A stretch of 61,775 nucleotides of DNA, filler included, from Choristocarpus tenellus KU-1152 (Eukaryota; Protista; Phaeophyceae), in NCBI GenBank assembly GCA_964200185.2. It is 9 parts of 9 records of this genome, joined end to end, with 100 filler letters (N's around TTAATTAATTAA, not from the genome) between each part and the next. Parts side by side here need not be neighbours in the genome. Positions count along the whole stretch, not along the records: positions 5,083 to 20,234 come from CAXNAD020001043.1; positions 20,335 to 25,136 come from CAXNAD020013005.1; positions 25,237 to 30,018 come from CAXNAD020013083.1; 6 more parts are not named here. One strand, written 5' to 3'. A program made the translations under genes and the position numbers. This document shows, piece by piece, positions 16,212-28,887 of the stretch (positions within the stretch are counted from its first letter, which is position 1; every line of letters begins with the position of its first letter). The notes beneath the pieces were generated by a model. It was not told the DNA's origin, did not search any database, and saw nothing but the letters and a program-made list of their open reading frames with translations.

Positions 16212-16491
16212 ATGGATATCACGATAGAAGCGGAAGCAACCCACCTTAACAAGCGCTTTGAAGGTTACATATCAATACTCAGCATGTCTTCACTCAAAAT
16301 GGTGTTCACAAAGCTACATTTGGATCCTCTTCCTTAGTAAAGATTCATTGTCCGTCTTGCAGTGAAAATTCCCCAACTTCCAAGGAATCCTATACTGTCA
16401 AATCAGTGAAAAAAAAGGACGGTTCTAAAGAAATTTGGGGAACCAAGAGGAGAAAAGAATGTGTTGAAATCCTCCGGCACTTACTCTTCTG
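16212..16491 (+). CDS. Possible first exons of an unidentified gene
   Basis: ATG 16212-16263|GT and AAG|16431-16491|GT splice in phase to give MDITIEAEATHLNKRFEEIWGTKRRKECVEILRHLLF; no recognisable homology. Confidence 0.3.
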
Positions 16492-16956
16492 GTAATCGCG
16501 ACCCACAACAGGAGTCTGGCATAGTTTGCATACTTAGAGCTGCCAAGGACCTTTCGGACTCCTTTCTTGCCTGTCGATGTTTGAGCACACTGTAGGTGTG
16601 TAGATAAGACCAACCCCAACCCTAATCGTGCAGTGACGGCATCAGTGCTGAGAGCTCACTATATATAATGGCTAGCACATGAAAAAAAAATCTGGAAACG
16701 GCACTAATTCGAGAATAAAATAAAATAAATTGTGGAGAATAAAATTGCCTGGCCAATGATTGGGGGCTCTGTCTTGCTCGTAGGTCCGGTGTCTCTAGCT
16801 TGAGTTGCGCCACGCGTCCTCTCTGTAATGTACACTGTGCTGTCTCAAATGAATGTACTGTGTTGCTTCTATAATGATATATACATGTATGTAGACTGTC
16901 ATTGGAGATGTCAGAATGACCAATACAGGCTCTGTTGTTTGCAAGTTTTTTTTTCT

Positions 16957-16960
<4 letters not shown>

Positions 16961-17000
<40 letters not shown>
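16961..17000. repeat. (TG)n microsatellite
   Basis: About 20 TG units. Confidence 0.95.
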
Positions 17001-17004
<4 letters not shown>

Positions 17005-17152
17005 GTTTTTTTTCCCTCTGCGACAACATATCTGCAAAACACCAGTGAGCACAACAATAATAACAATAAACAATACAAATAAAATGCTGCAATCTCCTTG
17101 ACGAATTTTACTGCTCCTTGACGAGTTTTACTGCACTACTGCTTCGGAACTA

Positions 17153-17237
17153 TGCTGCGCATAACACTTTGCTGCGCATAACACTTTGCTGCGCATAACA
17201 CTTTGCTGCGCATAACACTTTGCTGCGCATAACACTT
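17153..17237. repeat. 17-bp minisatellite x5
   Basis: Unit TGCTGCGCATAACACTT in five perfect tandem copies; a 20-bp tandem duplication lies just upstream at 17094-17134. Confidence 0.95.
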
Positions 17238-18179
17238 CATTTCATCACCGCATGCCTTGTCTGTGGGCACTTTCCACTATGCGCCACCCCCATTTGTTGC
17301 ACACAACAACACTAACTCATGTCCGCTCCATAACTCCAACCCCAATCCTTCGACTGATTTAACCTTACTGCATTGACTGGTTCCGTCTGATGTCTGCTTT
17401 TCGTGGCCCCTTCAGAGATAATGTACCCACTTCTGTGTTGACCTAACCCTAACCCTACTCCATGTTTACCGTTTTACTCAATAACCCACCTTGAAGTCGT
17501 CTTGCTCCATGTGCTGCACTGGTGGATGCCAGGACTGTACAAGTGGAGAGTGATGCACTCCTCAGTAGCACTGGGATTACACATCTTGTGAAAACCCATG
17601 GAGTCTGGAGGGTGAGCGGGGACCAGTTTGTTTTGTATGATTTTGGCTGATTTTGGTTTCTATTGTGAGAATAGATTCAATCGGAAGTCTAGGTGCACAA
17701 CAATCACACCAACATCAAGGAAGCACTGATAGAGACCATTGAACACGAACTCTTGAATTGGGCCATTTTTTGTATGCCATATATATATTACAGACAAGGG
17801 GGTAGGGATAGATCCAGACACTTGCTCTGCTTGCTACATCCCCTACCTGCATGAGGAAAACACCTCCTCCCTGTGCGTCTGGATTTATTTTGACATGTAA
17901 GTAAGAACAAAGCCCAATACCCTGGAAGTATACCTATCTATTTGAAAGGTGTGATCTCACAAAATAGCCTGCATTATAGATGTATACCCAAGTGTAGTGT
18001 CATCTACAGTGATGTTGATAGTGTACCAACAATGATGGCAAAGTAAATAGGTGGTTAAAGAGAGTAGAGTAGGTTGAGAGACAAAGTGTATCCTAACTAC
18101 GACGGAGTGTGAGAATATCATTACTCCATTCATGGAAATAATGTTTTTCTTGTCATGCCCCCCACCCCCTCAAAGAGTC

Positions 18180-18255
18180 AAACAAATGGAGACAGCAGGC
18201 AGGTTTGGACCCTTGTGCATTCCAAGCCACTTTTCTCACCCTGTGCAATACACTA
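18180..18255. repeat. Repeat family C fragment, inverted relative to the other copies
   Basis: GCATTCCAAGCCACTTTTCTCACCCTGTGCAATACACT matches the reverse complement of 51446-51485. Confidence 0.55.
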
Positions 18256-18608
18256 CTACTAACCCTACAACTCAATTTCGACACTCTTACGTACAAAGTA
18301 GTGTACGCAGAATCAACATCTCCCCATTTACACACACAAGGTGACAGACATGCACACCGCAGTTCAGCTTACGCTCTTTCTGCAATTAATTCTACAAAGT
18401 TCCTTGCTTTTCTTTTTTTTTCCTTTCCTCAAGGATGTTTAAAAAATTCAACCTCACCTACCCCTCAGTCGGTCAGACGCAGTCCATCGCCATCACAGAT
18501 TGTTTGAAATGTGGGCACGATTCGCAAGGAACGTTTACAAAAAAAAAAATTACAAAAAATTTACAAAAAATTACATTTACAGGAGAAGAGGAATAACAGC
18601 ACTGGCCG

Positions 18609-18879
18609 CAGTAAAAGTAAGTATCTTAGAGGGTACGAGTTTTGCCCTGTTTATCCATTTGAGGCTTGGCTTCCCAAGGTTTTTTTTTAATGACATTTTC
18701 CTACTCCAAAATAATTTCGGAGTAGGCAAAGTGCATACGTTATAAAAAAGGTTTGTATGGAATAAGAATATTGACACTTCCTAACAAACATGATAGGCAA
18801 AATTATGACAAAATCGAAACATTGGATTTTGGCCCCCAAATGGACGCGGCTCTACCCTAACCCTAAGATAATTTGACTC
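18609..18879 (+). mobile_element. MITE family A, with a CCCTAA-forming insertion in the right TIR
   Basis: Colinear with 12762-13017; right end reads CTACCCTAACCCTAAGATAATTTGACTC. Confidence 0.88.
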
Positions 18880-19021
18880 GCCAATCGCTCCTATTGAAGA
18901 AGCTTGTGCTTCCCTTTTTAAAAATAAAGTCAAACTACTGTTCAACCTCGAGCAGTCACCCCTGACGTAATTTGGAAGAACCTATTTCCAACGAGCGGAA
19001 ATGATCTAATAAAAATAAATA

Positions 19022-19057
<36 letters not shown>
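19022..19057. repeat. (AAT)n microsatellite
   Basis: About 12 units. Confidence 0.9.
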
Positions 19058-19062
<5 letters not shown>

Positions 19063-20234
19063 GAAAAATATGCTCCGAAAGATGCTGCATCAAATGTCCA
19101 TCGCCTATTGCACAATTCCAGACCTCCTCTTTCACCGCGCTTCAATCCACCTTTACCATTCCTCACTCAATCACAACTCCAACCCCTATTTGCTCAAACT
19201 GAGGAATTTCAAAACTAACTCAACTCTTGCCTCTTATGATGTGCTTCGCATTCCTCTTCCTAACTCTCTATTCCTGCCCTCTGACCCATACCTCCCCCGT
19301 CAAAGCCATGCCCCTTCATGTCCTCTTAACCCACATCCTATATTATATTATATATAATATTATATTAATTACTTTTTTTAATATTACAATTTATTTTTGT
19401 ACAAGCGTACTCGATTGACTAAAAAACGCACACACAGCAACAACAAAAAATGAAAAAGAGTAAGACTGCAGAAGCGCAAGGGAGGAGAAAACAAAAAAAA
19501 AATGAGCACTAGTTCCAATTTGAGTTTGAAGTATTCCCCGATTGACTGAATAGCAGTAGTTGGATACCCACTACGATTCACTAGAATGGACAACCAGACC
19601 AGCAACAAGAAGGAACTCTTGAGCTGCATGCTCTATTCTTCAAATAGATGGAAGAGCAGAGCCCTAGGCTAGCAGAAAGTACTCCGGAGTGGAATAAAAC
19701 ATTCCACCATGGGAGTCCAAGGAGAAAATGGTATCCCTTGAATTGCTATTTCTAGGATGTAGTAGAGGTGGATCAGGGTTGAGGAGAGACTAGGTCCCAT
19801 AGTAGCTCATGTTGTCCATTCGGGGCTTGATGGGGGTGTTGTAAGACACCTCAATTCGATGCCCATTTTGGGGGGCGCTTTTCCTTCGGAATTTGGTTAG
19901 GGTTAGGGAGGGTAGTAAAGTCAGGTGCATTCAGATGACGGAAATTGCCCCCACAATTAGACACGTCAGCTCCGATGACATAATGAAAGTCACTACAAGT
20001 TCAACAGGCACCGAATAGACACCCGACCCTCCCTCTACGCATACTATGGTTCTAATAGACCTTCACTCTTGATCCTCTCACACCTACATAACTTCTCACT
20101 ACTTTATTTCCGGCTTGTCTACCTTCCTATGTATCTTCGACTGACCTCCTCTCACCCCCCCCCCCTCTCCCTTACCCTGTGTGTCCTGTTCTACCGCTAA
20201 GGACGGACTTGCCTTCCATATAGGTAACAGAGTC

Positions 20235-20334
20235 NNNNNNNNNNNNNNNNNNNNNNNNNNNNNNNNNNNNNNNNNNNNTTAATTAATTAANNNNNNNNNN
20301 NNNNNNNNNNNNNNNNNNNNNNNNNNNNNNNNNN
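20235..20334. other. Artificial contig spacer
   Basis: N44-TTAATTAATTAA-N44. Confidence 0.97.
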
Positions 20335-20349
20335 AAAAAAAGAGTTGTT

Positions 20350-20412
20350 TGACTGAAACGGACGCCCTGCCCCCTCACAAACCCCCCCCCCCCCCCCCAG
20401 ATACTTTGACCC
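20350..20412. mobile_element. MITE terminal fragment at contig start
   Basis: AAACGGACGCC, poly-C, AGATACTTTGACCC, as at 1-62. Confidence 0.7.
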
Positions 20413-20849
20413 AGTGGTAACTTGGTGGGATGCGATAATACTCTTGAATTTGTTCCGTCTTCATTTCTAGACTGTCTTTTTGGTTATTGGTCTACTCCAG
20501 AAGGAGGGCTGTACAACCACAGCTGTTGCACAGAGGGTGTTGGTTGTAAGTGATATGATAACTGCTGTTAACGATAACCGAATTTGTGTAACAATTGGAG
20601 CGCTCAAGAGTCTCTCTTGCTGTGGAAGGCGTCTGCATGATGTCAGCAGGCATGTGATCTTAGCATTCTCCCGTAGGTGGCAACACATACACTGGTGTTG
20701 TTGAAAGGAGTTGGTGAATATCGTGGTGATGGGTGTGAAAAGAGTTGCCAATGCAATGTGGCTGGAAATGATAAATTTTTTTAGTTGTATAACAAACCCA
20801 TCGCCCTGTATGTTCCCCTCCCCTCTCCCTGCCTCTTGAAAATGACCAG

Positions 20850-21680
20850 CGGTTCAACAACTGCATCCAGCTCTTGTCCTGTGTATGCAACATTGCTGCG
20901 ATCTTTGTGTCAGACCTGAGGGAGCTGGCGCGTATCCTCGATTTGATCGCCGAGATTGTCTACATGACCACGGTTGGGTGCATGACTGTGAGTAAGCGGG
21001 AGCTGATGGTTGAAATATAGGGAAGGGTTAGGGTTTTTGTGTTGAGGTGGGTAGTGTCAAGGAAGTAAGTTGGAGAATTGCCTTATTTTCATTAGAGTGT
21101 GTATACATGGATGGGGGGTTGGTTAGATGAAAGTCGTGTTTGCTGCTGCCTTGAAAAGATTCACTGCCTTGTTGTGTAAGCGCAGTGTTCATCTGTGTAT
21201 ATGATAAGATAGATTTGCTTTGTATGGGTATCTATTTTTCTGGTTAATACAAGTGTTAGATGGTCATTGTCTTGAAATTGTTTCTACTTCTTCGATTGTT
21301 GCATGCAAATTGATGTATTTCTTGAACGTAAGATATTTATTATTATTTTGCTTTGCTAGATGAGCCAGCACTGTGTCTGCGTAGCCAGCTCATGCATACA
21401 GCTGTGGAATTTGCACTCTCTGATCACCCTACATGGAATGACAATATGAATTTGCCTGGGAGGTTATGATATTTGGAGATGGCTGGCACAGTCATCTATG
21501 CCACACCCTCCTATTTCTAACGAGAATGCCTTCATGTAAAAAACCTGCTGTTCCTAACCAGAGCATTTGATGTGACCCCCTCGCCCCCTCCGCGCCTTTT
21601 TTGCCAAGGGACAAATGGTGTACGAGATGGACTATCAGGAACAAAATGCCCCCAAGGCACAGGCCATGTCTGGGCGCTAA
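20850..21680 (+). CDS. PLAC8-family (cysteine-rich membrane) protein, last two exons
   Basis: Exon 20850-20987 RFNNCIQLLSCVCNIAAIFVSDLRELARILDLIAEIVYMTTVGCMT and exon 21609-21680 GQMVYEMDYQEQNAPKAQAMSGR*, phase 0 GT-AG. Resembles the C-terminal half of plant/stramenopile PLAC8-like proteins. Absent from the ORF track. Confidence 0.75.
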
Positions 21681-24600
21681 GCAAGCCTCGAAACAACTCT
21701 AGCATTGTCAAATAGAGTTGTAGCAGTGAAGTTCAGTGGCTTGATTAATGGGCTGTGATTGAGATAACATACTGAACTGAACTGAACTGCACTGGAAACG
21801 ATGCCCCTGCGGATTTTTCTGTGGCAAATTCTGATATATATTTTTCTCTCTGTTTTGAGGGTTTACATTGAATTGGATTTTGAAGTAAACGGATCCACAG
21901 CACCTTCATACTGATGGTTGTTTGCTCATTTTTGGGGAAGGAGAGAGGAAATAAAACTGGTCAACTGAATTGCTTTTTGGTTGGTGTTGGTTCATGGTTT
22001 TGGGGGGGCTATAAACTGTGGGTTGGGTCTGGAGTTTTTTTTTTTTTTTTTACTTGAAGGCTCTTTAAGAATTTTTTTTTTTGCGGGAGGGAAAGTGGGA
22101 AAACAAACATTCTGAACGCNNNNNNNNNNAGTTTTTTTTTTTTTTTTTTTTTTGGGGTAATATAAAATGTGGGTTGGGTCTGGAGTTTTTTTTTTTTTTT
22201 TTACCTGAAGGCTGCTTAAGAAGTTTTTCTTATCTGAGAGGGTAAGCTAAGGTTGGGCAAAAAATGTAGTATATGCATTTGAGTGTAGGTATCTGACCTC
22301 TTGATGTGCAATATGTGGTTGTTTTGTACTGCATTTTTTTACTGGGTGAGGGTGTATCGTTTTGCTTATTGTTTCTGGAAGGGGAGGGAGTTTGTTTTTA
22401 ATTATTGTCTGTTGATACAGCATTCAGCTTCGCTTTTCTTTGAATTATTGTTTAGCCGTGTTTAAACCATGTGTTCTGGGTTACAAACCGGCTTTAAAAA
22501 TGGATGATGGAAGACAACTCAAAGTATGTACTTGCAGCTGTTTGATCTTTGGGTTTACAGTTTTCAGTTCGCTGCCCATGCACTGCCCTAAGGTTAGTAG
22601 TGTGTCTATATTTATTACAACCATTAGTTGTGCTTCCTGGTGGAGCACTCTTGTTCAGTTGTGCAAAATGTACACCATCAACCCAAGAGCATGCTATGCG
22701 TGAGTCAAGGGTGAAGTCCTAGTGTATTGAATTGAAAGCGTATTTGTGGGTGCAAGTTCAATTGGTTAGTAAGATTTCAATGTACAAGATTACAATTCAA
22801 TAATACACACAGCACACAGTGGATGCAGGAGAATTTTGTGTGAAGAACCCCCCCATTTTTCGGTTTTCATCAAAGAAATTTCGGTAATTGAATTGATATG
22901 GTTCTTACCCCCTGATTGTTGAGATGAAATTCATTCCTAATATTTTGATGATTGTGAGATTGGAAATTGAACTCTCACCAACCATTCACCAGAGATGTCG
23001 GGTGCATTTTTTGTGGAGACCTGACAGAGGATCTTTTGAATTAAGAGTCGTTTGTTGAAGAAACCCTTTATAACGCTTCGTATAATAGAAAAAGAAACTA
23101 TTCAGTTCTGTGAGAGGGAGCAAGAGTGGAATTCTCTCTTGCACATTGCAGTTGTTGGCGGGGGGGAGCTTGTGGAAATGAGGCCCGATCTGGTGCTCTG
23201 CTGTGTGCATGTGTGCATGCTTGGTTGCATTTTTAGGTGCGTTGTTGCTCTTTCACTCAGGAATGATACGCCTGTTTTGCCGTAACACCATGTGTTCTGT
23301 GTGAGCGTGAGTTATTTTGTGTAGCGCTGCTTCTGTTGTTACTACTTTTACTTTCTAGCAGTGCTAACCCTACTACTATCACACTAAATACATGGACAGC
23401 TGTAAGCACGTCATGGTAATTACTTGTAAACCTCTTTTCTTCTCCACTCCCTCTTCTGGTGTTGTTGTGGTTGTCAACAGTGTTAACCCTATTTTTTTTA
23501 TAGTCAATGATCTTAACTCTATTTTTGTATTGCAGTAGTAGTGGTAATGACTGAATAACCTGAAATACTGTTTTGGGTAAAAACGTCAGTAGCAGTAAAG
23601 TTGCTGCTGTCCTTTTAGAAAACATACTAGCCAATAAGAAAGTAAGGAGCAGCCGTCGTCCCCAAACTGTATGACAAGAAAAATAGGCGCTCGCCTTACA
23701 GCAACAACAGTTCCCTCACCTGCATCAGGATACTAGCATCCTACCAAATTCCCAAATGCATGCGCCTCTAAGAAAAGTATTATTATTGAAAAAAAAATTC
23801 CTTTCCTCAAGTTAACCTTAAATTGATAAGTGCGTAAGGATCACTAATAGTAACCATAACATCTATGACATGACGTGAGGGAGGAGAGGGGTTATAACAG
23901 AGTATTGTAGTGTGGAGTTTGTCGTGATCTCTCCACTACAAATGGATTATGAACATGACATGCAAGCAAGGTATCAAACTACTTGTTCTCAGCTGTGTCA
24001 GTACAACCTAACAGCAGGTAGTTACCATAACAACAAACACTCCCTCTCCTATATTGCATTCACTCACCAACATGCCACCAAACCCCCAAATGCATGCATT
24101 TAAGTGTAACAAATCTGAGGTAAGTTAGGAGGAAGAAAAACAACATATAAAAGGTCAACTAGAAGTGTAATAATACTGTATATTTCCGTAGTAAAAGGGT
24201 TTTGATACCTGAATGCATGATTTGAGCCCAGAATCAGTTGATCACATGTGGGGGGGCTTGTTGAAATGAGCCCAATCTTGTACGATGTCATGTGTGTGTC
24301 TTGGTCTGCTAGCATTTTAGGGCCGATTAAAAACATTATGTTATTGTCCCTACTGTGTCTGCCCCACTCTGTTGTTGCAGTGACTGATGGATTGGAAAGT
24401 ATTTGACTAACATTCTTAAGGACCCCAAAATGGTTCACAAGATCCTATTCTTAAACCGAAGAGAGTCCAATACTATTAAAATCAACACAATTTTCATCTC
24501 TCTGAAATGATCACGTTCAGGGACGATAGGATCTATTCTAGTTCTTAAAAGCCTCTTTGGGCACTTAACTCTTTTCTTTCAGATGTTCGAGAGTTTCAAA

Positions 24601-25136
24601 TAGTTCCAAAAATTCGTTGCCACCATTCTCATATTCAGTATTTTTCACCATGTAGACACAGCATAGAGGGTTTTCTTAACATAGCTGAGGTGTTTGCGTT
24701 ATTTGATGTTTGGAACATATGTGGTCCTTGACAGGACCTATGTTCACTCCTTTAACAAATAACAGATCTGTAAGCCCCAACATGGGGTGGAGTCCTTATA
24801 AGCCATCATAGAACAGTTTCTGTGATTGAACCATCTAGGGTCGATGAGATGGTTCCTGATGAGGTGGATCACAGGATGCCTCTGCTGCTGCCAAGTCCGG
24901 ATTCCAACATAAATCCTTATGCAGGTCATACTGGCCTGCGAAAAATCCAAACCCTCATGACGATGTGTTCCTAGCTATGGAAGGGGTGAATGGATGTGGA
25001 AAGGTTGAGTTACCATGGTACAGTAAATGTAACACCAGTGGGGGTCAACGTGCATGAGAAGTAGCCTTTCAGTATCAAGGCCCTGATGAACCCAGGGTTA
25101 GGGATCACAGGCCTATAACAGCCTCTCATCAACATT

Positions 25137-25236
25137 NNNNNNNNNNNNNNNNNNNNNNNNNNNNNNNNNNNNNNNNNNNNTTAATTAATTAANNNNNNNN
25201 NNNNNNNNNNNNNNNNNNNNNNNNNNNNNNNNNNNN
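25137..25236. other. Artificial contig spacer
   Basis: N44-TTAATTAATTAA-N44. Confidence 0.97.
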
Positions 25237-25238
25237 GT

Positions 25239-25277
<39 letters not shown>

Positions 25278-25285
25278 GGGGGGGG

Positions 25286-25327
<42 letters not shown>

Positions 25328-25582
25328 GTTAATGAGTTGTGGTCAGTTCACGAGTGCTTTAAGCATATGAAAAAAGAAAAAGAGTGCAGTCGTTTTCTTA
25401 GTGATGGTGCAAGGGGTAGGAGAGACGCATGAGAAAAAAAAAAAAAGTGTCATCTGCACCAATGGGATGTTGTTGGTGTCTTGCTGAACCAATAGAATGT
25501 ATTTGAAAAAAAAGAACGAGCATTCCCTACCTCTTCCGTATACATTATTGTTATTGGTTATTGTTATTATTATTGTTAGTGC

Positions 25583-25585
<3 letters not shown>

Positions 25586-25642
<57 letters not shown>
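25586..25642. repeat. (CA)n microsatellite
   Basis: About 28 units abutting a degenerate MITE-A. Confidence 0.95.
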
Positions 25643-25644
<2 letters not shown>

Positions 25645-25926
25645 GCATTTAGAGCGTAGGAGTTTTGCCCTCTTTTGTCCATTCAGGGCTTGACTTCCCA
25701 TGGGTTTGATATGGCCCTTGTTGGTTTTCTGTGTGAACACAATCACCTACTTTGAAACATTTCGGAGTAGGTAAAACGAATACGACTCTAAAAGGTAGGT
25801 GCGTCCGGAGCATGGATATTGACTCTTGTTGCTAACAAACACGCTACCCAAAATGCGTCAGAATCGTAACATATTGGATTTTATGACCCTGAAAGGATGC
25901 GACCCCACCATCTTAAATGCTTTGGG
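25641..25926 (+). mobile_element. Degenerate MITE family A copy
   Basis: GAGTTTTGCCC..TGTCCATT..GGGCTTG..TTTCGGAGTAGGTAAAA..GGATATTGAC..CTAACAAACACG..ATTGGATTTT in the family-A order. Confidence 0.75.
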
Positions 25927-25932
25927 ACACAG

Positions 25933-26985
25933 GTCCTGGGAGGGGCAGTGATCCTCAATGAAGAGCTGGAGCAGCTTGGTAAGGATGCAGCCAGTCGCCG
26001 AGGGAACCCCTTGGACGACACCAACACACCTGGTACATTTTCTCCTGGCAACAACAAACCCACACGTCGTACATCTGTGGTGATTGTTGAGGACGGAGAC
26101 AGGGGAACTAGGCGGCGCGTGAGCTCGCGTTTGATACCCAAGTCTAGCACATTTGGACTTTCCTCCAGAAGTGGCCGACCAAAGAAGGTAAAGCACCCAA
26201 GAGGACTGGGAAAGGAAAGGAAGGAGTGAATGCTCGCGGATTTCTTGTGCTCTGGAGTGTATTGTGCGTTCAATCCGAAAAGTGCGTGTGTTTGGGCACT
26301 TGGGGCTGAACTCATGCAGGTAGGACGTACCCGTGGAAAACTTGGTTTTGGTTGAAATCCTCGAGAGCAGACAGATAGCATTTTTTTTTTTGCAATAAAA
26401 ATAATTTTAATGGAGTGAAGACTTCATTTTTTTAGTTTTTATAATGTACATATGTACTCCAGAGCATGTATATATCTATACTACGGTAGTATAGATATCT
26501 TGCTCAGTCTTTTTGCATCTTTCTTGTATACCATCAAGAGACTCAACGGGCAACAAACACAAGACTGCACACACAAGAAACTAATCAAAAACAGTAGTAT
26601 TGATAGGTATAATCAGATGGGAAGATCCGAGAGTATCCTTTTTCGTGCACTGAACACAGTAACAATAAATGACTTTTTGTAAACTATCCCTATTTATGGT
26701 ATGCCCTCATTCACCTCTCTCCATACCTCACCGCCATCACCTATCCAGGAGGCTGTTGCCATTGAAGCAGGCAAGGAGCCCAGCTTCAGATGGGGGGATG
26801 AAAGTGCTATTCTTACTAGTAGGTCTTCCCGTCGCCAAAGGTTGTCATCTGTTAATGGGGTCAAGCGTAGGAGCTTGGTCTTTGCTGCACCAAAACCAGG
26901 GGAACACTGGGATCAAGATTGCATAAAAGAGGTCCAGGCTGACACCGAGCATGGGGTTGATTCTCGAGTGGTGAAGCTTGCCTAA
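25933..26985 (+). CDS. 3' exons of an unidentified gene (Ser/Arg-rich, likely disordered tail)
   Basis: CAG|25933-26187|GTAAAG and CAG|26749-26985(TAA), both phase 0 and open; no recognisable domain. Confidence 0.5.
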
Positions 26986-27547
26986 GTGAGTCCAGATAAG
27001 AAAGGTACAGAGGAAAGCCCGGGAGTGCCCAGAGGGCAGATGGAGTTGGACATATAGTAAACCCTTTTCCTGTTGCCTAGTGACATACGTCTGCATGGAA
27101 TCGAGCTTTTCGGACATGATTTAATGCAACGGTTGAATTGAGAAAAGGCGTGTAAAGGGTGACACATATTTTTCATGGCTTGGACGAAACATTGTGACAA
27201 GGGTCTACATGATACCAGGTACATGATGTACGAAAACTCTCACAAACAGCGAGAGCCTGGATATCCCAAGTCGATCGCAGTGGCCCACGAGGATGTGGTA
27301 ATGGGCAGATCTAGTTTGGGCTTCATGCCAAGAAGTACTTCACAGTAGATTTGTGTGATGAACTCATTCAAGAGCTCCTGCCTTCTGGCCATTCGCTTAT
27401 ATATGTAACAGATTATCTTCCCCTCTTCCATGCAAAAAATTAACCAGTGTACAATACTGAATCGAAATTTCAACTTAATTCCACAACAAGAGTGAGTGTT
27501 TTTTTCCACTCTATGTTTGCTCACCACTTACCCTTCTCCATCTCCCA

Positions 27548-27568
27548 TCTCTCTCTCTCTCTCTCTTA

Positions 27569-27599
<31 letters not shown>

Positions 27600-27618
27600 C
27601 GCGCGCGCGCGCGCGCGC
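27548..27618. repeat. Compound microsatellite (CT)n(CA)n(GC)n
   Basis: Read directly from the sequence. Confidence 0.9.
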
Positions 27619-28887
27619 TTTGCTTCTCTCAGTCCATGTATTTTTTGCATATAAGGCCAGAAAGTGAACAGGAGGAAGAACTAAAGTTAATACAGAGTGG
27701 GACAATGGCCTGCCGGGAGGGAGAGGCCAGTGGAGTCCCTGGCACTTTGCTGTGTGTCAAGCAAAGCCTCAAGAGAATGGCTACAACACAATTAAACACA
27801 AGTAGTAGTAGTAAATTTATTCACCTCATAGCTGACAAGAGTAGGTCTGAGGAGCATGACGAAGCACTACTAATGCAGATCGTAAGCCGGGAAGGCTCTC
27901 TTTGCCAAGGCTGGCAGACATAGACGCAGGTACCTTCATTTGACACCCGCTGGTGTGACTATGAACGCATACATGCTGCATGCTCTTCATCTTCTTGCAC
28001 TTGAAAATGGTTTTGAAATAGTTAAACGAGTAAGCACCCAATAATCTCTAGCAGTATGTATTTTGTGTTGAGAAGACAAGTAGGAACAAGGTTGTACATA
28101 CTTCCATTTAACTTACAGCACTACTATATCGCAACTGAGTGTACATGTTGGTTTACTTCATTGTGTGGGAGAGTTAGAATTCAGTGCTAGTGCAAGACCT
28201 CTTTTACGAGGCTTGGTCTACGCAGGGGACAACAACAGAGTGGGACGAGTTTGGTGTGATGGAGGCACATCTTGAAAATGCTGTGACGCAGAGGGGTGCC
28301 GTAGGGTCAACTCCAGAAGGACAGAAATCTCACCTAGAACATAGGCTACTGTGAGACTTTGAGTGCAGTAATGCATTAGCTTCCTTACTTAGAATAAGCG
28401 AATTGCTGAAGTGAAAGGCCAAGAAATGTTCACCTCCCTCAGCTCGCCAGTGAGGTGAAGGACCAAAGAAAATCGGTTATTTGTGTGTTGCAATCTTGTC
28501 TTTTTGCTTCAGTAATACTTTTCGCACAAATATCTTCGTGAAAATGGTGGCTGTCCTTCTGTTGTTTTTTCGCTTGGGATGAAGAGGGTAAGACCCTACC
28601 TAGTACTGTACAGTCCACTGTATGTGAAATGACCGCAACTCCACAGAAGTACTTTGAAATAGCTCATCTCCATTGCTTATCGCAGCAGGAAGTCTACATT
28701 GCAACAACGGTGAAATGTATTCCTGTCATTAACTCGGTGCTGTAATTTATTACCTTGAATGTTGCATCTACTCGACGAGGGAGTCTGTTATAGGTCAATA
28801 GACACAACAGGCTGAGTGGCTGGTTGGTAAAGTGATACAATTGTGTAGCCTCAAACGTTGTGTAGTGAGTTTGGTTTATCACTGTTT

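Noticed and set aside
22008-22245. Direct duplication around a 10-N gap (also at 59720-59925)
   Set aside because: Typical unmerged scaffold overlap at homopolymers, so probably an assembly artefact.
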